A DNA stretch of 54,289 bases, taken from Minisyncoccota bacterium (GTDB lineage Bacteria; Patescibacteriota; Minisyncoccia; 2-02-FULL-40-12; GWA2-44-9). The stretch spans positions 1 to 54,289 of the forward strand of contig JAGOPO010000003.1 of the NCBI GenBank assembly GCA_017992005.1, read 5' to 3'. Under the pieces are notes generated by a model. The model was not told the DNA's origin and ran no database searches. It was given only the letters and a program-made list of their open reading frames with translations. Within the stretch, counting starts at the first letter, position 1. Each line of letters begins with the position of its first letter. A program made the translations under genes and the position numbers. Shown piece by piece: positions 1 through 10,046 of the stretch.

Positions 1-307
1 GTATGCCGTGCGCTAGCGCGAGATAGGTTTTACGAATGTTGTGGTCGTGGAAAAGGGATTTGAGGTATGCAAAGGTCTTCTGATTTTTGGCGAGGACCAT
101 AACCCCCGATGTGTCGCGATCGAGGCGGTGCACGATACCCGGACGGAGAGGGTCTTCGCCGACGCCCGTCATTTCGGGCCATTGCTCAACGGCTAAATCG
201 GCCAGGGTAATCTGGGGGTCGTCGAGAGATGTTTTATGGACGGTCAGATGAGGCGGCTTATCGATAGCCACAAAATCTACGTCTTCGTAGATGACGGAGA
301 GGGTCAT
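1..307 (-). CDS. RluA-family pseudouridine synthase, N-terminal part (gene runs off the window start)
   Basis: Reverse translation from the ATG at 305-307 gives MTLSVIYEDVDFVAIDKPPHL...GIVHRLDRDTSGVMVLAKN, which contains the HRLDxxTSG catalytic motif. It is absent from the ORF track because no stop lies in the window. Confidence 0.8.
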   Translation of the reverse strand, partial: MTLSVIYEDVDFVAIDKPPHLTVHKTSLDDPQITLADLAVEQWPEMTGVGEDPLRPGIVHRLDRDTSGVMVLAKNQKTFAYLKSLFHDHNIRKTYLALAHGI

Positions 308-609
308 TTATGGGTCTTAATATAGCTCTTAATAATAGTCGCAACGGTGTGGCTGTTAATATTATTATCCATACAATATTGTGATTTAAGCCAGTCGCTT
401 ATATTCTTTGCGCCCTTGCTCGAATTGCATGACCTGCAGCACAGCACAATATTCCATTTCTCTATATCTTTCGCTCTATTATTGATGTGCTCCCAAGATG
501 CTCCAGCGCGAAAGTTTTTTTTAAATTTGACGCCACAATAAACACAGGACGTATCCCTAAGTCGAACTTCTTTCTCGAGTTGATCGGGAATGTTCCAATT
601 ATTTGACAT
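304..609 (-). CDS. HNH endonuclease
   Basis: CVYCG...WEHINN...NIVLCCRSCNSSKG is an HNH Cys/His pattern. Its TGA overlaps the downstream rluA-like ATG (ATGA). The start is set at MSNNW; the longer track ORF (to 687) has no better RBS. Confidence 0.65.
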   Translation of the reverse strand: MSNNWNIPDQLEKEVRLRDTSCVYCGVKFKKNFRAGASWEHINNRAKDIEKWNIVLCCRSCNSSKGAKNISDWLKSQYCMDNNINSHTVATIIKSYIKTHK

Positions 610-708
610 GGAGTTGCGATGCGGAAAAGCTAAGGGATTCGGCTTCGCTTCTCGCGTCGCCGTCGCGACTCTCGGGCTAGCCACCACCTCCGGCGGAGTT
701 ATTGTAGT

Positions 709-784
709 CCTGCGCGCCTATGCGCTTGAGGACACTTGGCCAGCCACTCTCTTTCATACAAACAGATATAAGAGTGGCCAAGTG
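709..784 (-). repeat. Conserved tRNA 3'-flank hairpin element, copy A (76 nt)
   Basis: CACTTGG-CCAG-CCACTCT / AGAGTGG-CCAAGTG forms a 14-bp stem with a bulge. It ends exactly at the tRNA-Val discriminator base. It is near-identical to 27799-27874, and its core is shared with 14539-14578. Confidence 0.7.
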
Positions 785-858
785 TGGGCGCTGAGGGATT
801 CGAACCCCCGACCTACTCGGTGTAAACGAGTCGCTCTAACCAACTGAGCTAAGCGCCC
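785..858 (-). tRNA. tRNA-Val (anticodon UAC)
   Basis: Reverse complement GGGCGCTTAGCTCAGTTGGTTAGAGCGACTCGTTTACACCGAGTAGGTCGGGGGTTCGAATCCCTCAGCGCCCA folds as a cloverleaf. Anticodon loop is TTTACAC. CCA is not encoded. Confidence 0.9.
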
Positions 859-906
859 TTTTCGGACACAGGATTATGCTACTTTTTGAGAGATTTAGCA
901 AGCAAT

Positions 907-932
907 AAAAAAAACCGAGGACGGAGCCTCGG
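907..932 (-). terminator. Intrinsic terminator of 944..1345
   Basis: Minus-strand hairpin CCGAGG-CTCCGT-CCTCGG followed by a run of 8 U. Confidence 0.75.
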
Positions 933-943
933 TTGCGCGCGCA

Positions 944-1345
944 CTATTTAGCGAACTCTTTGCAATCAGCGAAGTAGCCAGCGATTTGTTCACGAAAATC
1001 AGGGGGGCACAACTGCAGGATGAGGTCCACGGGTACGGCGATGTCCTGAGCAGCAAACGCGGTGCTGAAAACCATGCGCACGCGTGTTTCGAGGACCTCG
1101 ACGTTGTAGGCAGAGATATGCCCGTCGACCAGAAGGGTGTACCGCTCGGAGGCGTCTTCGAGGGCAGCTACTGCCTTTTTCTGAGGCTCATTGAGGGACT
1201 CAATGAGGAGTTGCGCCTGGTAGCGATCCGGATTCAGCAATCGAAGAAAGAACCTACTCATACGATCGAGGAGCTTCACGAGACCTCCTTGGTAAATGAC
1301 TAAAAATATAATAACAGCAAATATTATATGAGTCAAATCACGCAC
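944..1345 (-). CDS. Hypothetical protein (N-terminal hydrophobic segment)
   Basis: 133-aa ORF with its own terminator. No recognisable motif. The start is uncertain (internal MSRFF also possible). Confidence 0.5.
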   Translation of the reverse strand: MRDLTHIIFAVIIFLVIYQGGLVKLLDRMSRFFLRLLNPDRYQAQLLIESLNEPQKKAVAALEDASERYTLLVDGHISAYNVEVLETRVRMVFSTAFAAQDIAVPVDLILQLCPPDFREQIAGYFADCKEFAK

Positions 1346-1381
1346 ACAAGTCCGACACCTGAGGAGGTATCGGACTTGTTA

Positions 1382-1458
1382 TGGTGGGCCCGCCTGGACT
1401 CGAACCAGGGACATCCAAGGTATAAGCTTGGCGCTCTAACCAGCTGAGCTACGGGCCC
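1382..1458 (-). tRNA. tRNA-Ile (anticodon UAU), CCA encoded
   Basis: Reverse complement GGGCCCGTAGCTCAGCTGGTTAGAGCGCCAAGCTTATACCTTGGATGTCCCTGGTTCGAGTCCAGGCGGGCCCACCA. Anticodon stem is CCAAG/CTTGG and the loop is CTTATAC. Confidence 0.9.
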
Positions 1459-1465
1459 AAGGAGC

Positions 1466-3322
1466 CTACGCCTTCACGGGAGATGGCTCTCCTATAAGGG
1501 CATAGAATTCATCCTGTTCTATCGTCTCTTTTTCGATGAGATGAGCGGCTATCTTTTTGAGCTGCTCCATCTTACTGGTGATGATACCACGAGCGGTTTC
1601 GATTGCACTCTGCACGAGCGCGAGTGCTTCTGCGTCGATGAGCTGGGCGACGTGCTCGCTGTAGTTGCGTTCGTGCATGAGCTCTCGACCTAAGAAAATG
1701 GATTCGTGAGTCTCGCCGTAGGAGAGTGGGCCGAGTTTCTCGGACATGCCGTATTGCGTCACCATGCGACGAGCAAGATCGGACGCAACGCGAAGGTCGT
1801 TGGATGCGCCCGTGGTTAGCTCATTGAAGATGATTTGCTCAGATGCGTAGCCGCTCAATAGCACTGCAAGCTCTGCTTGGAATTCGGATTTTGTTTTGAG
1901 GTATTTATCTTGGCTTGGAAGCTTGAGCGTGTAGCCACCTGCGCGACCACGAGAGATAATGCTGACCTTGTGGACGGGGTCTGAGTGGGGGAGTGTGGCA
2001 GCAACAATAGCATGACCAGCTTCGTGATATGCCGTGACTTCTTTTTCTTTTTTGGATAGGACGTGCGAACGACGCTCAGGCCCGAGCATGACCTTCTCGA
2101 TGGATTCAATGAGGTTTTCTTGGGATACATCATCTCGACCCTTTCGTGCCGCTAAGATAGCTGCCTCATTGACGAGATTGGCAAGGTCAGCGCCGGAAAA
2201 GCCGGGTGTTCGCTCTGCAATGACGCGCATATTGATATCGGGTGCCATGGGCTTACCCTTGGAATGAATCGTGAGCACAGCGATGCGGTCTTCGAGGGAG
2301 GGCTCATCGAGGATGATGCGTCGATCGAAGCGGCCAGGACGCAAGAGTGCTGGATCAAGAATATCGGGGCGGTTGGTCGCTGCCATAATGATGACGGCAT
2401 CATCGGTGTCAAAACCATCCATCTCGACGAGAATCTGGTTGAGTGTTTGCTCACGTTCATCATTGCCGCCACCAATGCCGGCGCCTCGCTGTCGGCCAAC
2501 GGCATCGATTTCATCTACGAATACAATCGCTGGCGCTACGCGCTTTGCTGTCTCGAATGTATCGCGAACACGATTGGCGCCCACGCCCACAAACATCTCT
2601 ACGAATTCAGAACCAGATACATAGAAGAAGGGCACACTCGCTTCATTGGCAACCGCTTTTGCGAGGAGCGTCTTTCCGGTACCCGGAGAGCCAACCAGAA
2701 GAACACCGCGGGGGATGCGCGCACCAAGACGATGAAATTTCTTTGGGTCTTTGAGGAATTCGACTATCTCGGTCACTTCTTCCTTTGCCTCGATCAAGCC
2801 TGCGACGTCTTTGAAGGTAATATCCTTGTCAGAAGGATTCATACCTGCAAGCTTGGCGCGGGTTTTCCCAAAGGAGAACGCCTGGGACGATCCTTGTTTC
2901 GCTTGGCGGTACGTGAACCAAAAGAGCCCAACGATAAGGATGATGGGTAGGAGTATGGGGAGGTAATTGGCGAGAAAGACACCTAGTCCCGTGGGATCTT
3001 TTACTTCTACTTTCACTGCTGTGAGTTTTTCTTTCACGACGCCAGCGTTGACGAGGGTTTCAAAGATGGAAATTGAAAGTTCCTTTTGAGCGGAAAACTT
3101 TGTATCGTCCACTGCGGTGATTGCAATCTGATCTCCGCGCACCGTGATGTCTTTTATGGTGCCGGCGTTCACCTTGGAAACTAGCTCGCTGATAGCGATT
3201 GGTGTGATCGGGGCGACGGGTTGTGCAAATAGCGACGCGGCAAATGCGAGGCTGATGAGGATTGCGAAAACAATGCCAATGGAGCGAATGATTTGTCTCA
3301 TATGTGGAGGATATCCTACCAT
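1466..3322 (-). CDS. ftsH: ATP-dependent zinc metalloprotease FtsH
   Basis: Has an N-terminal TM segment, Walker [14 protein letters not shown], an AAA domain and the HEAGHA zinc site. The start may instead be MRQII at 3301. Confidence 0.95.
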   Translation of the reverse strand: MVGYPPHMRQIIRSIGIVFAILISLAFAASLFAQPVAPITPIAISELVSKVNAGTIKDITVRGDQIAITAVDDTKFSAQKELSISIFETLVNAGVVKEKLTAVKVEVKDPTGLGVFLANYLPILLPIILIVGLFWFTYRQAKQGSSQAFSFGKTRAKLAGMNPSDKDITFKDVAGLIEAKEEVTEIVEFLKDPKKFHRLGARIPRGVLLVGSPGTGKTLLAKAVANEASVPFFYVSGSEFVEMFVGVGANRVRDTFETAKRVAPAIVFVDEIDAVGRQRGAGIGGGNDEREQTLNQILVEMDGFDTDDAVIIMAATNRPDILDPALLRPGRFDRRIILDEPSLEDRIAVLTIHSKGKPMAPDINMRVIAERTPGFSGADLANLVNEAAILAARKGRDDVSQENLIESIEKVMLGPERRSHVLSKKEKEVTAYHEAGHAIVAATLPHSDPVHKVSIISRGRAGGYTLKLPSQDKYLKTKSEFQAELAVLLSGYASEQIIFNELTTGASNDLRVASDLARRMVTQYGMSEKLGPLSYGETHESIFLGRELMHERNYSEHVAQLIDAEALALVQSAIETARGIITSKMEQLKKIAAHLIEKETIEQDEFYALIGEPSPVKA

Positions 3323-3352
3323 GGAAGCCGCACAGCGGCAATCGGCTAAAAA

Positions 3353-3381
3353 TTGACAAAATGAAAATATATTAGTATGGT
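3353..3381 (+). promoter_or_regulatory. Putative sigma70-type promoter of the beta-CASP RNase gene
   Basis: TTGACA-N17-TATGGT lies about 55 nt upstream of the ATG, and an AAAGGAG RBS sits at 3421-3427. Confidence 0.4.
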
Positions 3382-3433
3382 AGTGGCGATTTCTAGCCGT
3401 TTAACAATGCAAAGACGAACAAAGGAGTAGGGC

Positions 3434-4705
3434 ATGTCAGACGTCACATTTACATCATGGGGCGGTGCAAATAGCATTGGCCCGAGTTGCCATGTGCTCA
3501 ATTTCGGTGGATATCGTGTCGGTATCGATTACGGAGCGGGTCTGCGTCCGCACGATAGCGAGCCTGCATTTGAGGGCGAGCTGGATGCGCTACTGCTGAC
3601 GCATGGCCATCGCGACCATGTAGGTATGGTGCCACGCGCCATCGCTCGTTGGCCCAAGATGTTGTGTTGGGCAACGAAGGAAACGCGCGAGCTTGCGCTT
3701 TGGATTTGGGAAGATGGGATGAAGATCGAAACCCGTGAACAGCGGGCACATCTCTTCTCTGCTGACGATATTCAGCGCGCATTCAGTCGAACGCAGAAGA
3801 TGATTCCTGGAACTCCTTTGCATCTGACCAAGGAGCTCACGGTGACTCCGTTTTCCGCGGGGCACATCCTCGGAGCCGTTGGGCTCATCTTCACCTATCG
3901 AGGCGAGCAGTATGTCGCAACGGGAGATATTGGCCTCAACGACCACGGATTCATATCTCGTGCCGCGGTGCCAGAGTTTGAACGGACGCGCTTGCTGATC
4001 ACCGAATCTACGTATGCCGGAATCTATGCTAAGAAGTCGCGGCAACAGATCAGACATGAGTTTCTCAAGGCTGTCTGGTCGGTGATGGATGACGGCGGAC
4101 GAGTGCTCATTCCTACGCTGGCGATTGATCGCATGCAGGAGATGTATCAGATTCTCCATGAGGCGGGCGTCGATAAGAAGTGGGATTTGTGGGTCGTTGG
4201 TGGCGCTGCGCCGACGGAAATCTATCGTCGATACGCACCTGATTCCAAGCTGCTCGCCACCATGCAGCGTTTCCGTGACATGCCTCATCAGTTTCGTGTG
4301 CAGAAATCGGAAAAGCCAGTCATCGTGCTGGCGAGCTCCGGTATGCTCGTCGAAGATACGCCTTCGTATGCGTGGGCGACGACGCTGCTCCATGAGCCGG
4401 GGAGTGCGATCTTCATGGTCAATTGGCAGGACCCTTGCGAGTTTGGAGGGAGGATTCTCGCGTCTGGGCAGGGCTGTCTCGTTGAGGCGGCGGATGGCTA
4501 CATCGCCAAGCGCTGCCGTGTTGAGCGATTCGATTTCTCGACGCACGCGAAGCAGGATGAGCTCGATGAGATTGTTCGAAGGCTCAATCCTGATCGAATC
4601 ATTCATGTGCACGGTGAGAACGAAAGAATCGATGAGTTTCTTTCGACGGCTCCCGATGCGTCTCGTCGAATCAAGGCGCACGTAGGTGTGGAGATTCCTG
4701 TCTAA
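3434..4705 (+). CDS. Metallo-beta-lactamase / beta-CASP family RNA-processing nuclease
   Basis: Motifs LLLTHGHRDHVG (HxHxDH), ITESTYAG, FSTHAKQDEL and HVHGE match the beta-CASP motifs A-C. Confidence 0.85.
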   Translation: MSDVTFTSWGGANSIGPSCHVLNFGGYRVGIDYGAGLRPHDSEPAFEGELDALLLTHGHRDHVGMVPRAIARWPKMLCWATKETRELALWIWEDGMKIETREQRAHLFSADDIQRAFSRTQKMIPGTPLHLTKELTVTPFSAGHILGAVGLIFTYRGEQYVATGDIGLNDHGFISRAAVPEFERTRLLITESTYAGIYAKKSRQQIRHEFLKAVWSVMDDGGRVLIPTLAIDRMQEMYQILHEAGVDKKWDLWVVGGAAPTEIYRRYAPDSKLLATMQRFRDMPHQFRVQKSEKPVIVLASSGMLVEDTPSYAWATTLLHEPGSAIFMVNWQDPCEFGGRILASGQGCLVEAADGYIAKRCRVERFDFSTHAKQDELDEIVRRLNPDRIIHVHGENERIDEFLSTAPDASRRIKAHVGVEIPV

Positions 4706-4710
4706 CGCAA

Positions 4711-4739
4711 CACCCCCGCTTGAGCGGGGGTGTTTTTTG
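4711..4739 (+). terminator. Intrinsic terminator
   Basis: CACCCCCGC-TTGA-GCGGGGGTG followed by TTTTTT. Confidence 0.85.
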
Positions 4740-4756
4740 TGCGTCGCTTTCGCTTG

Positions 4757-5836
4757 TTAGGCGGCGGCTTGCTCGAGTGTCAGGATAAGCTTGTGGTCTT
4801 TGGAGTCGATGTTCACAATGGCGCAGTCATATTCTTTGCCAATCGTGACTACATCGGTTGCAACGCGTCCACCAAATTCTGTCGTTGGCAGAAGTCCAAC
4901 AATATCTTCGTTGAGCTTCACGAAGGCGCCGTTGCTTCGAATCTTGATGACGATGCCACGTACCTTCTGGCCAACTTTGAAGGCCTCATCAACGGTGAGC
5001 CATGGGTCGGGACGGAGCGCTTTGAGCGATAATGCTACGCGACCACCATCGAGACTGATGATTTTTGCTTTGACGGTTTCACCACTGTGGAGAATCTGAC
5101 GAGGGTCTTCGACGAACTTCCAATCGATTTCACTGGAGTGAATGAGACCATCGAGGTTATCAGTGAGGCGAACAAATGCACCGAAATCAGTGACTTCTGT
5201 GATAACACCTTCAACGGTGTCGCCAAGCGCGAGCTTCGTGATTTCGCCTTTCGCCGCTTCCTCTTGGATGGCTCGCTCGGAGACGATGAGCTTGTTTTCT
5301 TGCTCGCTGTAATCGAGGATCTTCACCTTGAATGGTTGACCCTTGAATTTCTGGAGAGCCTGTACGATTTTGGTTGTGTCGCCACCCTCTACCTTCGGGT
5401 AGTGCTCACTGGAGAGCTGGGAGAGCGGCAAGAAGCCCTGGACGCCTTCTACTTGAACAATGAGCCCACCTTTGTTGATGTTGCTGATGATGGTGGTCAT
5501 AACGGTCCCTGCATCACGAAGTTCTTTGATGCGCTGCCAGGAAGTCGTTAATTGAGCTGCTTTGAGCGAGAGCTCGCGATAGCCGTTCTCATTTTCGAGC
5601 TCCAAGAGCACGGCTGAGACTTCTTCGCCGGGCTTGAGAGCCTTAATACGATCTGGATTATCATAAAACTGGCCAGGGTACACAATGCCGATACCCGCTG
5701 TTCCCAAATCAATGGTGACGCTGGACTTTGAAGCGCTAATCACTTTTCCTGAGAGGATCTGACCTGCTCGGGGGAGCTGGAATTCCTCTTTTGCGAGGAG
5801 GTCCTTCATCGTCTTGCCTGATGCTGATGTTGCCAT
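4757..5836 (-). CDS. rpsA: S1 RNA-binding domain protein (short ribosomal protein S1, four S1 repeats)
   Basis: Four repeated S1/OB modules are visible (G.ILSGKVI, G.VMTTIISN, GDTVEGVITEV, GQKVRGIVIKI). Confidence 0.75.
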   Translation of the reverse strand: MATSASGKTMKDLLAKEEFQLPRAGQILSGKVISASKSSVTIDLGTAGIGIVYPGQFYDNPDRIKALKPGEEVSAVLLELENENGYRELSLKAAQLTTSWQRIKELRDAGTVMTTIISNINKGGLIVQVEGVQGFLPLSQLSSEHYPKVEGGDTTKIVQALQKFKGQPFKVKILDYSEQENKLIVSERAIQEEAAKGEITKLALGDTVEGVITEVTDFGAFVRLTDNLDGLIHSSEIDWKFVEDPRQILHSGETVKAKIISLDGGRVALSLKALRPDPWLTVDEAFKVGQKVRGIVIKIRSNGAFVKLNEDIVGLLPTTEFGGRVATDVVTIGKEYDCAIVNIDSKDHKLILTLEQAAA

Positions 5837-5957
5837 AATAAAAATATATCTCTCCGTCGCGGCTTAGACGACTCTCGAGACTGGGGCACAATATACATGA
5901 TAAATTAGGTTTTTGCAAGAGTTGAATAATGCCCCGAATGCTGGTACGATAGGGGTA

Positions 5958-6596
5958 ATGAATATCTCCTGGTACGGACATCGTTGTATTCGCATTGAAG
6001 CAAAAGAAGGCACCGTTCTTGTCGATCCATTTGATCCGAAGGTTGTCGGAATGCGTGGGCCCACCATCAAGGACGATCTCGTTTTATTGAGCGATGGTGC
6101 GCCAGACAAAGAGGTCATCGAGCGTATCAATGACGAGGCATTTGTCATTCGTGGTGCGGGGGAATACGAGCGCCGCGGCATCGCAGTGCGTGGGATTCAG
6201 GCATATGCAGATTCTCAAGAAGGACGTGAGTTGGGGCTGGCTACTATCTATACGATTATCGCGGAGGAGGTTTCCGTGTGCCATCTTGGCGCCTGTGGGC
6301 AGGGGAAATTAACACCCGAGCAGCTCGAGGTTATCGGCGATCCCGATATTCTCATTATCCCTGTTGGTGGGCAGAGTGCGTTGGATGCAAAGGTTGCAGC
6401 CGAGTTTGCATCGCAGATAGAGCCAAAGATTATTATTCCTATACAATTTGCAGTTGATGGCGCGAAGTATGAGGCTGATTCCGTGGAGAAGTTCGTGAAG
6501 GGGGTTGGTCTCACCCCGCAATACGTTGACTCATTCCGTGTCACAAAAAAGCAGCTGCCAACCGATCAGACGCAATTGATTATTATTAACGCGTAA
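5958..6596 (+). CDS. MBL-fold metal-dependent hydrolase (UPF0173-like)
   Basis: MNISWYGHRCIRIEAKEGTVLVDPF matches the typical N-terminus of this family. The track ORF starts 45 nt earlier, at 5913. Confidence 0.75.
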   Translation: MNISWYGHRCIRIEAKEGTVLVDPFDPKVVGMRGPTIKDDLVLLSDGAPDKEVIERINDEAFVIRGAGEYERRGIAVRGIQAYADSQEGRELGLATIYTIIAEEVSVCHLGACGQGKLTPEQLEVIGDPDILIIPVGGQSALDAKVAAEFASQIEPKIIIPIQFAVDGAKYEADSVEKFVKGVGLTPQYVDSFRVTKKQLPTDQTQLIIINA

Positions 6597-6601
6597 GGAG
6601 G

Positions 6602-6946
6602 ATGTCGATTATTCACGAGATCCAACGACAGCATCCTACAGTTCGTCGAGCGCTGTTTGTGATGTCGCTTGTCATCTCGGTGTCTGTGGTTGGGGTTTTT
6701 ACTGCGTCATCAGTGCAGCAGACGATTTATTTTGGCATACACTCTGATCCCGCAGAGCAAGAAGCGTTTCTTGCTGCGCGAGAAGCGGGGAGACCGCAGC
6801 CGCTCGCCGCGATATCAAAGGCTACGGGTTCGTTGATTGCCAGCATTGGCTCACTCATTGGATGGGATACCAATGCCGGCTTTGACAGCAACGAGAAGTC
6901 AAGCAATACTCAAGGCGGCGTACATCTGCTTCCGTTGTCGGAGTAG
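6602..6946 (+). CDS. Hypothetical membrane-anchored protein
   Basis: An AAGGAGG RBS lies directly upstream, and there is one N-terminal TM helix. Confidence 0.6.
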   Translation: MSIIHEIQRQHPTVRRALFVMSLVISVSVVGVFTASSVQQTIYFGIHSDPAEQEAFLAAREAGRPQPLAAISKATGSLIASIGSLIGWDTNAGFDSNEKSSNTQGGVHLLPLSE

Positions 6947-6960
6947 TCTTTTTTCATTTT

Positions 6961-9432
6961 ATGGTCAAAAAAGTCACACAACCAATCGTCCCCGCTGTTG
7001 TACAGCAAACTCCCATTCGAGAAATTACGACGGAGATTCAAAAATCATATCTCGAGTATGCGATGTCGGTCATCGTTGCGCGCGCTCTTCCTGATGTTCG
7101 CGACGGATTAAAGCCGGTGCACCGTCGCATTCTGTGGGGCATGTGGGAGTCGGGCAATACTGCGGGTGCAAAACTTAAGAAGTCTGCTAGTACCGTCGGA
7201 GATGTCATGGGACGGTATCACCCGCATGGTGATGCAGCTATTTACGATTCGTTGGTGCGTATGGCGCAGGATTTTTCGTTGCGGTATCCGTTGGTGCAAG
7301 GGCAAGGAAACTTTGGCTCTATCGATGGAGATGGTGCGGCTGCTATGCGTTACACCGAGGCTCGTTTGGCTCGCATTAGCGACGAGATGCTCGGCGATAT
7401 CGAAAAGGACACCGTGGACTTTAGGCCGAACTACGACGGATCACGAAAAGAGCCGTCGGTGCTTCCTGCGAAGATTCCAAACCTTCTCATTAATGGATCA
7501 ATGGGTATTGCTGTTGGTATGGCAACCAACATTCCTCCGCATAATCTCTCGGAGGTACTCGATGGACTCGTTCACTTGATAGAGCATCCCGAGTCGGACG
7601 TGAAAGAGTTGATGAATTTTATCAAAGGACCTGATTTTCCGACCGGAGGCTCCATCTACAACGAGAAAGACATTCTCAACGCGTACGCCACTGGTCGCGG
7701 TCCCGTTATCTCGCGAGGTACCGCAGAGATCACAGAAGGAAAGCGCGGCCAGCAGATTATCATCACTGAAATTCCGTATCAGGTTATCAAGTCTGATCTT
7801 ATTATTAAGATTGCTGATCTCGTCAAAGAAAAGCGTCTTGAGGGAATCCGCGATATTCGTGATGAGTCAGATAGGCAGGGCATGCGCGTCGTGATCGAGC
7901 TCAAGCAAGACGCCTTTCCAAAGAAGGTGCTCAACTCGCTCTATAAGTGGACCGAGCTTCAAAAGACGTTTCACTTCAACATGCTGGCGCTGTCTGATGG
8001 TATTCAGCCGCAGACCATGGGCCTCAAGGTGATACTTGAGAAGTTCATTGAGCATCGACAGATTGTGGTGCGACGACGAAGTGCGTATGAGCTTGCACGG
8101 GCGTTGGAGCGCGCACATATCTTGGAGGGTCTCAAGAAGGCGCTCGACCATATCGATGAGATTATTAAGGTCATCAAGCAGTCGCCTACACGCGAAGAGG
8201 CGTTTGTGAATTTGATGAAGCGATTCAAGTTTTCTGATCGCCAAGCTAATGCGATTTTGGAAATGCGATTGCAGTCACTCGCCGGTCTTGAGCGGAAGAA
8301 GATCGAAGACGAACTCAAGGCAAAGCGCTTGATCATTGCGGAACTTGAAGAACTTCTCAAGTCGGTCAAAAAACTCTCAGGCGTTGTGAAGCAGGAGTTT
8401 CTTGAGATGCGACAGAAGTATGGAGATGAGCGTCGAACGCGAGTTATCAAGAGCGCGCTGCGAGAGATTGGCGACGAAGAGTTGGTGCCAGAAGAAGATG
8501 CACTCTTTATGATTACCCTGGGCGGCTACATCAAGCGTCTTCCACCTGATGAGTTGCGCGCACAGAAGCGGGGTGGAAAGGGAGTCGGCGGTATCGCCAC
8601 TAAGGAGGAGGATATTGTGAGTCATTTCTTCCTTGCGAATACACACGACAATATTCTATTCTTTACCAATTCTGGAAAGGTATTTCAGATACTGGGATAT
8701 GAAGTTCCTGAAGCGAGTCGCCAAAGCAAGGGGCGCGCCATTACGAATTTCTTGCAAGTCACCACTTCGGATTCAATTACCGCAGTGGTTCCGCTTTCGA
8801 AGGCAAAAGAGCAGAAGCAAAAGAGCCAATTCCTGTTTATGGCAACTACGAATGGCATTATTAAGAAGGTTGCCATGGATTCATTCGATAACGTGCGACG
8901 AAATGGCATCCTCGCCATCAACCTCAAGGGCGATGACAAGCTTGGATGGGTGTTGCCAACCTCGGGAACTGATCAGGTTATTATGACAACAGCCACGGGA
9001 TCAGCAATTCGTTTTACTGAAAAGGATGTGCGTCCTATGGGTCGGTCTGCGGCGGGCGTGCTTGGTATGCGCCTCGAGAAAGACGACAAGCTTGTCGGAG
9101 CTGACGTGGTTCCATCGAATGCAGATAAAGGATTGAGCTTGATGGCGGTCATGGCAAATGGTTATGGAAAGCGGACCGGGTTGAAGGAGTATAAGGTGCA
9201 ACACCGAGGAGGCGTAGGGATACTAACCGCAAATATTACATCGAAAACAGGGAAGCTCGTCTCTGCCCATGTTACGAGCGAGGAGAACGAAGAGTTTGTA
9301 GCGGTATCAAAAAAGGGACAAGTCATTCGCACGGCTATCACAGAAGTTCCCATGTTGGGGCGCGCTACTCAAGGTGTGCGTATCATGCGCTTGGACGGAC
9401 AGGATGAGGTTGCATCGGTGGTGCTCTTCTAG
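6961..9432 (+). CDS. gyrA: DNA gyrase subunit A
   Basis: [25 protein letters not shown], the active-site region and C-terminal beta-pinwheel repeats are all present. Confidence 0.97.
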   Translation: MVKKVTQPIVPAVVQQTPIREITTEIQKSYLEYAMSVIVARALPDVRDGLKPVHRRILWGMWESGNTAGAKLKKSASTVGDVMGRYHPHGDAAIYDSLVRMAQDFSLRYPLVQGQGNFGSIDGDGAAAMRYTEARLARISDEMLGDIEKDTVDFRPNYDGSRKEPSVLPAKIPNLLINGSMGIAVGMATNIPPHNLSEVLDGLVHLIEHPESDVKELMNFIKGPDFPTGGSIYNEKDILNAYATGRGPVISRGTAEITEGKRGQQIIITEIPYQVIKSDLIIKIADLVKEKRLEGIRDIRDESDRQGMRVVIELKQDAFPKKVLNSLYKWTELQKTFHFNMLALSDGIQPQTMGLKVILEKFIEHRQIVVRRRSAYELARALERAHILEGLKKALDHIDEIIKVIKQSPTREEAFVNLMKRFKFSDRQANAILEMRLQSLAGLERKKIEDELKAKRLIIAELEELLKSVKKLSGVVKQEFLEMRQKYGDERRTRVIKSALREIGDEELVPEEDALFMITLGGYIKRLPPDELRAQKRGGKGVGGIATKEEDIVSHFFLANTHDNILFFTNSGKVFQILGYEVPEASRQSKGRAITNFLQVTTSDSITAVVPLSKAKEQKQKSQFLFMATTNGIIKKVAMDSFDNVRRNGILAINLKGDDKLGWVLPTSGTDQVIMTTATGSAIRFTEKDVRPMGRSAAGVLGMRLEKDDKLVGADVVPSNADKGLSLMAVMANGYGKRTGLKEYKVQHRGGVGILTANITSKTGKLVSAHVTSEENEEFVAVSKKGQVIRTAITEVPMLGRATQGVRIMRLDGQDEVASVVLF

Positions 9433-9447
9433 CTGCTAATTTATACA

Positions 9448-9477
9448 CACAACGCCCCGAATGTACGGGGCGTTGTG
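9448..9477 (+). terminator. Hairpin after gyrA (no clear U-tract)
   Basis: CACAACGCCCCG-AATGTA-CGGGGCGTTGTG forms a 12-bp stem. Confidence 0.5.
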
Positions 9478-9493
9478 GTACCATAGAGTGTAT

Positions 9494-10042
9494 ATGGTTC
9501 AATCTCTCACTTCGGGTGCAGTTTTTGATACGCAGCGTGTCGTATCAATGATTGGGATAACATCCGGAAGTAAAGCTACTGATCTAGGATGCGGCTCAGG
9601 ATACGTAACCATTGCGCTAGCGCGAGCGGTGGGCCCTCAGGGTGCGGTGACCGCGATAGACGTAATGGAGGAGCCTCTACAAGCCGTTCGTGCCAAGGCG
9701 GAAGCGGGTGGGTTTAAGAATGTTATCGCAGTACGTGCGAATCTCGAGGTGTACGGTAATACCAAGCTCGCCGATGCAAGCCAGGATTACTCTGTATTGG
9801 CAAACGTCTTGTTTCAGTCAACTCAAAAAGAACATATTCTCGCTGAAGCGGTTCGTATTTTGAAACCCGGAGGCACCCTCGCAATTATTGACTGGAAGAA
9901 GGGGAGGCCTGGGTTCGGTCCTCCTGATGCGTTGCGGTCCGACGAGGAGACCCTCAAGGCGCTCAGTGTTGCCGCCGGCGCTCACTTCGAGCGCACAATT
10001 GATGTGGGCGAGTACTACATCGGCCTCTTATTTAAGAAATAG
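9494..10042 (+). CDS. Class I SAM-dependent methyltransferase
   Basis: DLGCGSGYVTIALA is the motif I glycine loop. The start is placed after the gyrA hairpin. Confidence 0.8.
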   Translation: MVQSLTSGAVFDTQRVVSMIGITSGSKATDLGCGSGYVTIALARAVGPQGAVTAIDVMEEPLQAVRAKAEAGGFKNVIAVRANLEVYGNTKLADASQDYSVLANVLFQSTQKEHILAEAVRILKPGGTLAIIDWKKGRPGFGPPDALRSDEETLKALSVAAGAHFERTIDVGEYYIGLLFKK

Positions 10043-10046
10043 TATC

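Noticed and set aside
1855-3359. Multiple 60-230 aa ORFs inside or antisense to ftsH, with similar nested ORFs in gyrA, valS, tsaD, argS, the beta-CASP gene and the MFS gene
   Set aside because: These are shadow ORFs within strongly supported conserved genes. They have no RBS and low-complexity, Arg/Ser-rich composition.
9888-10046. Upstream extension of the solute-binding protein ORF
   Set aside because: It overlaps the methyltransferase gene in another frame. The MNITS start provides the expected N-terminal membrane anchor.
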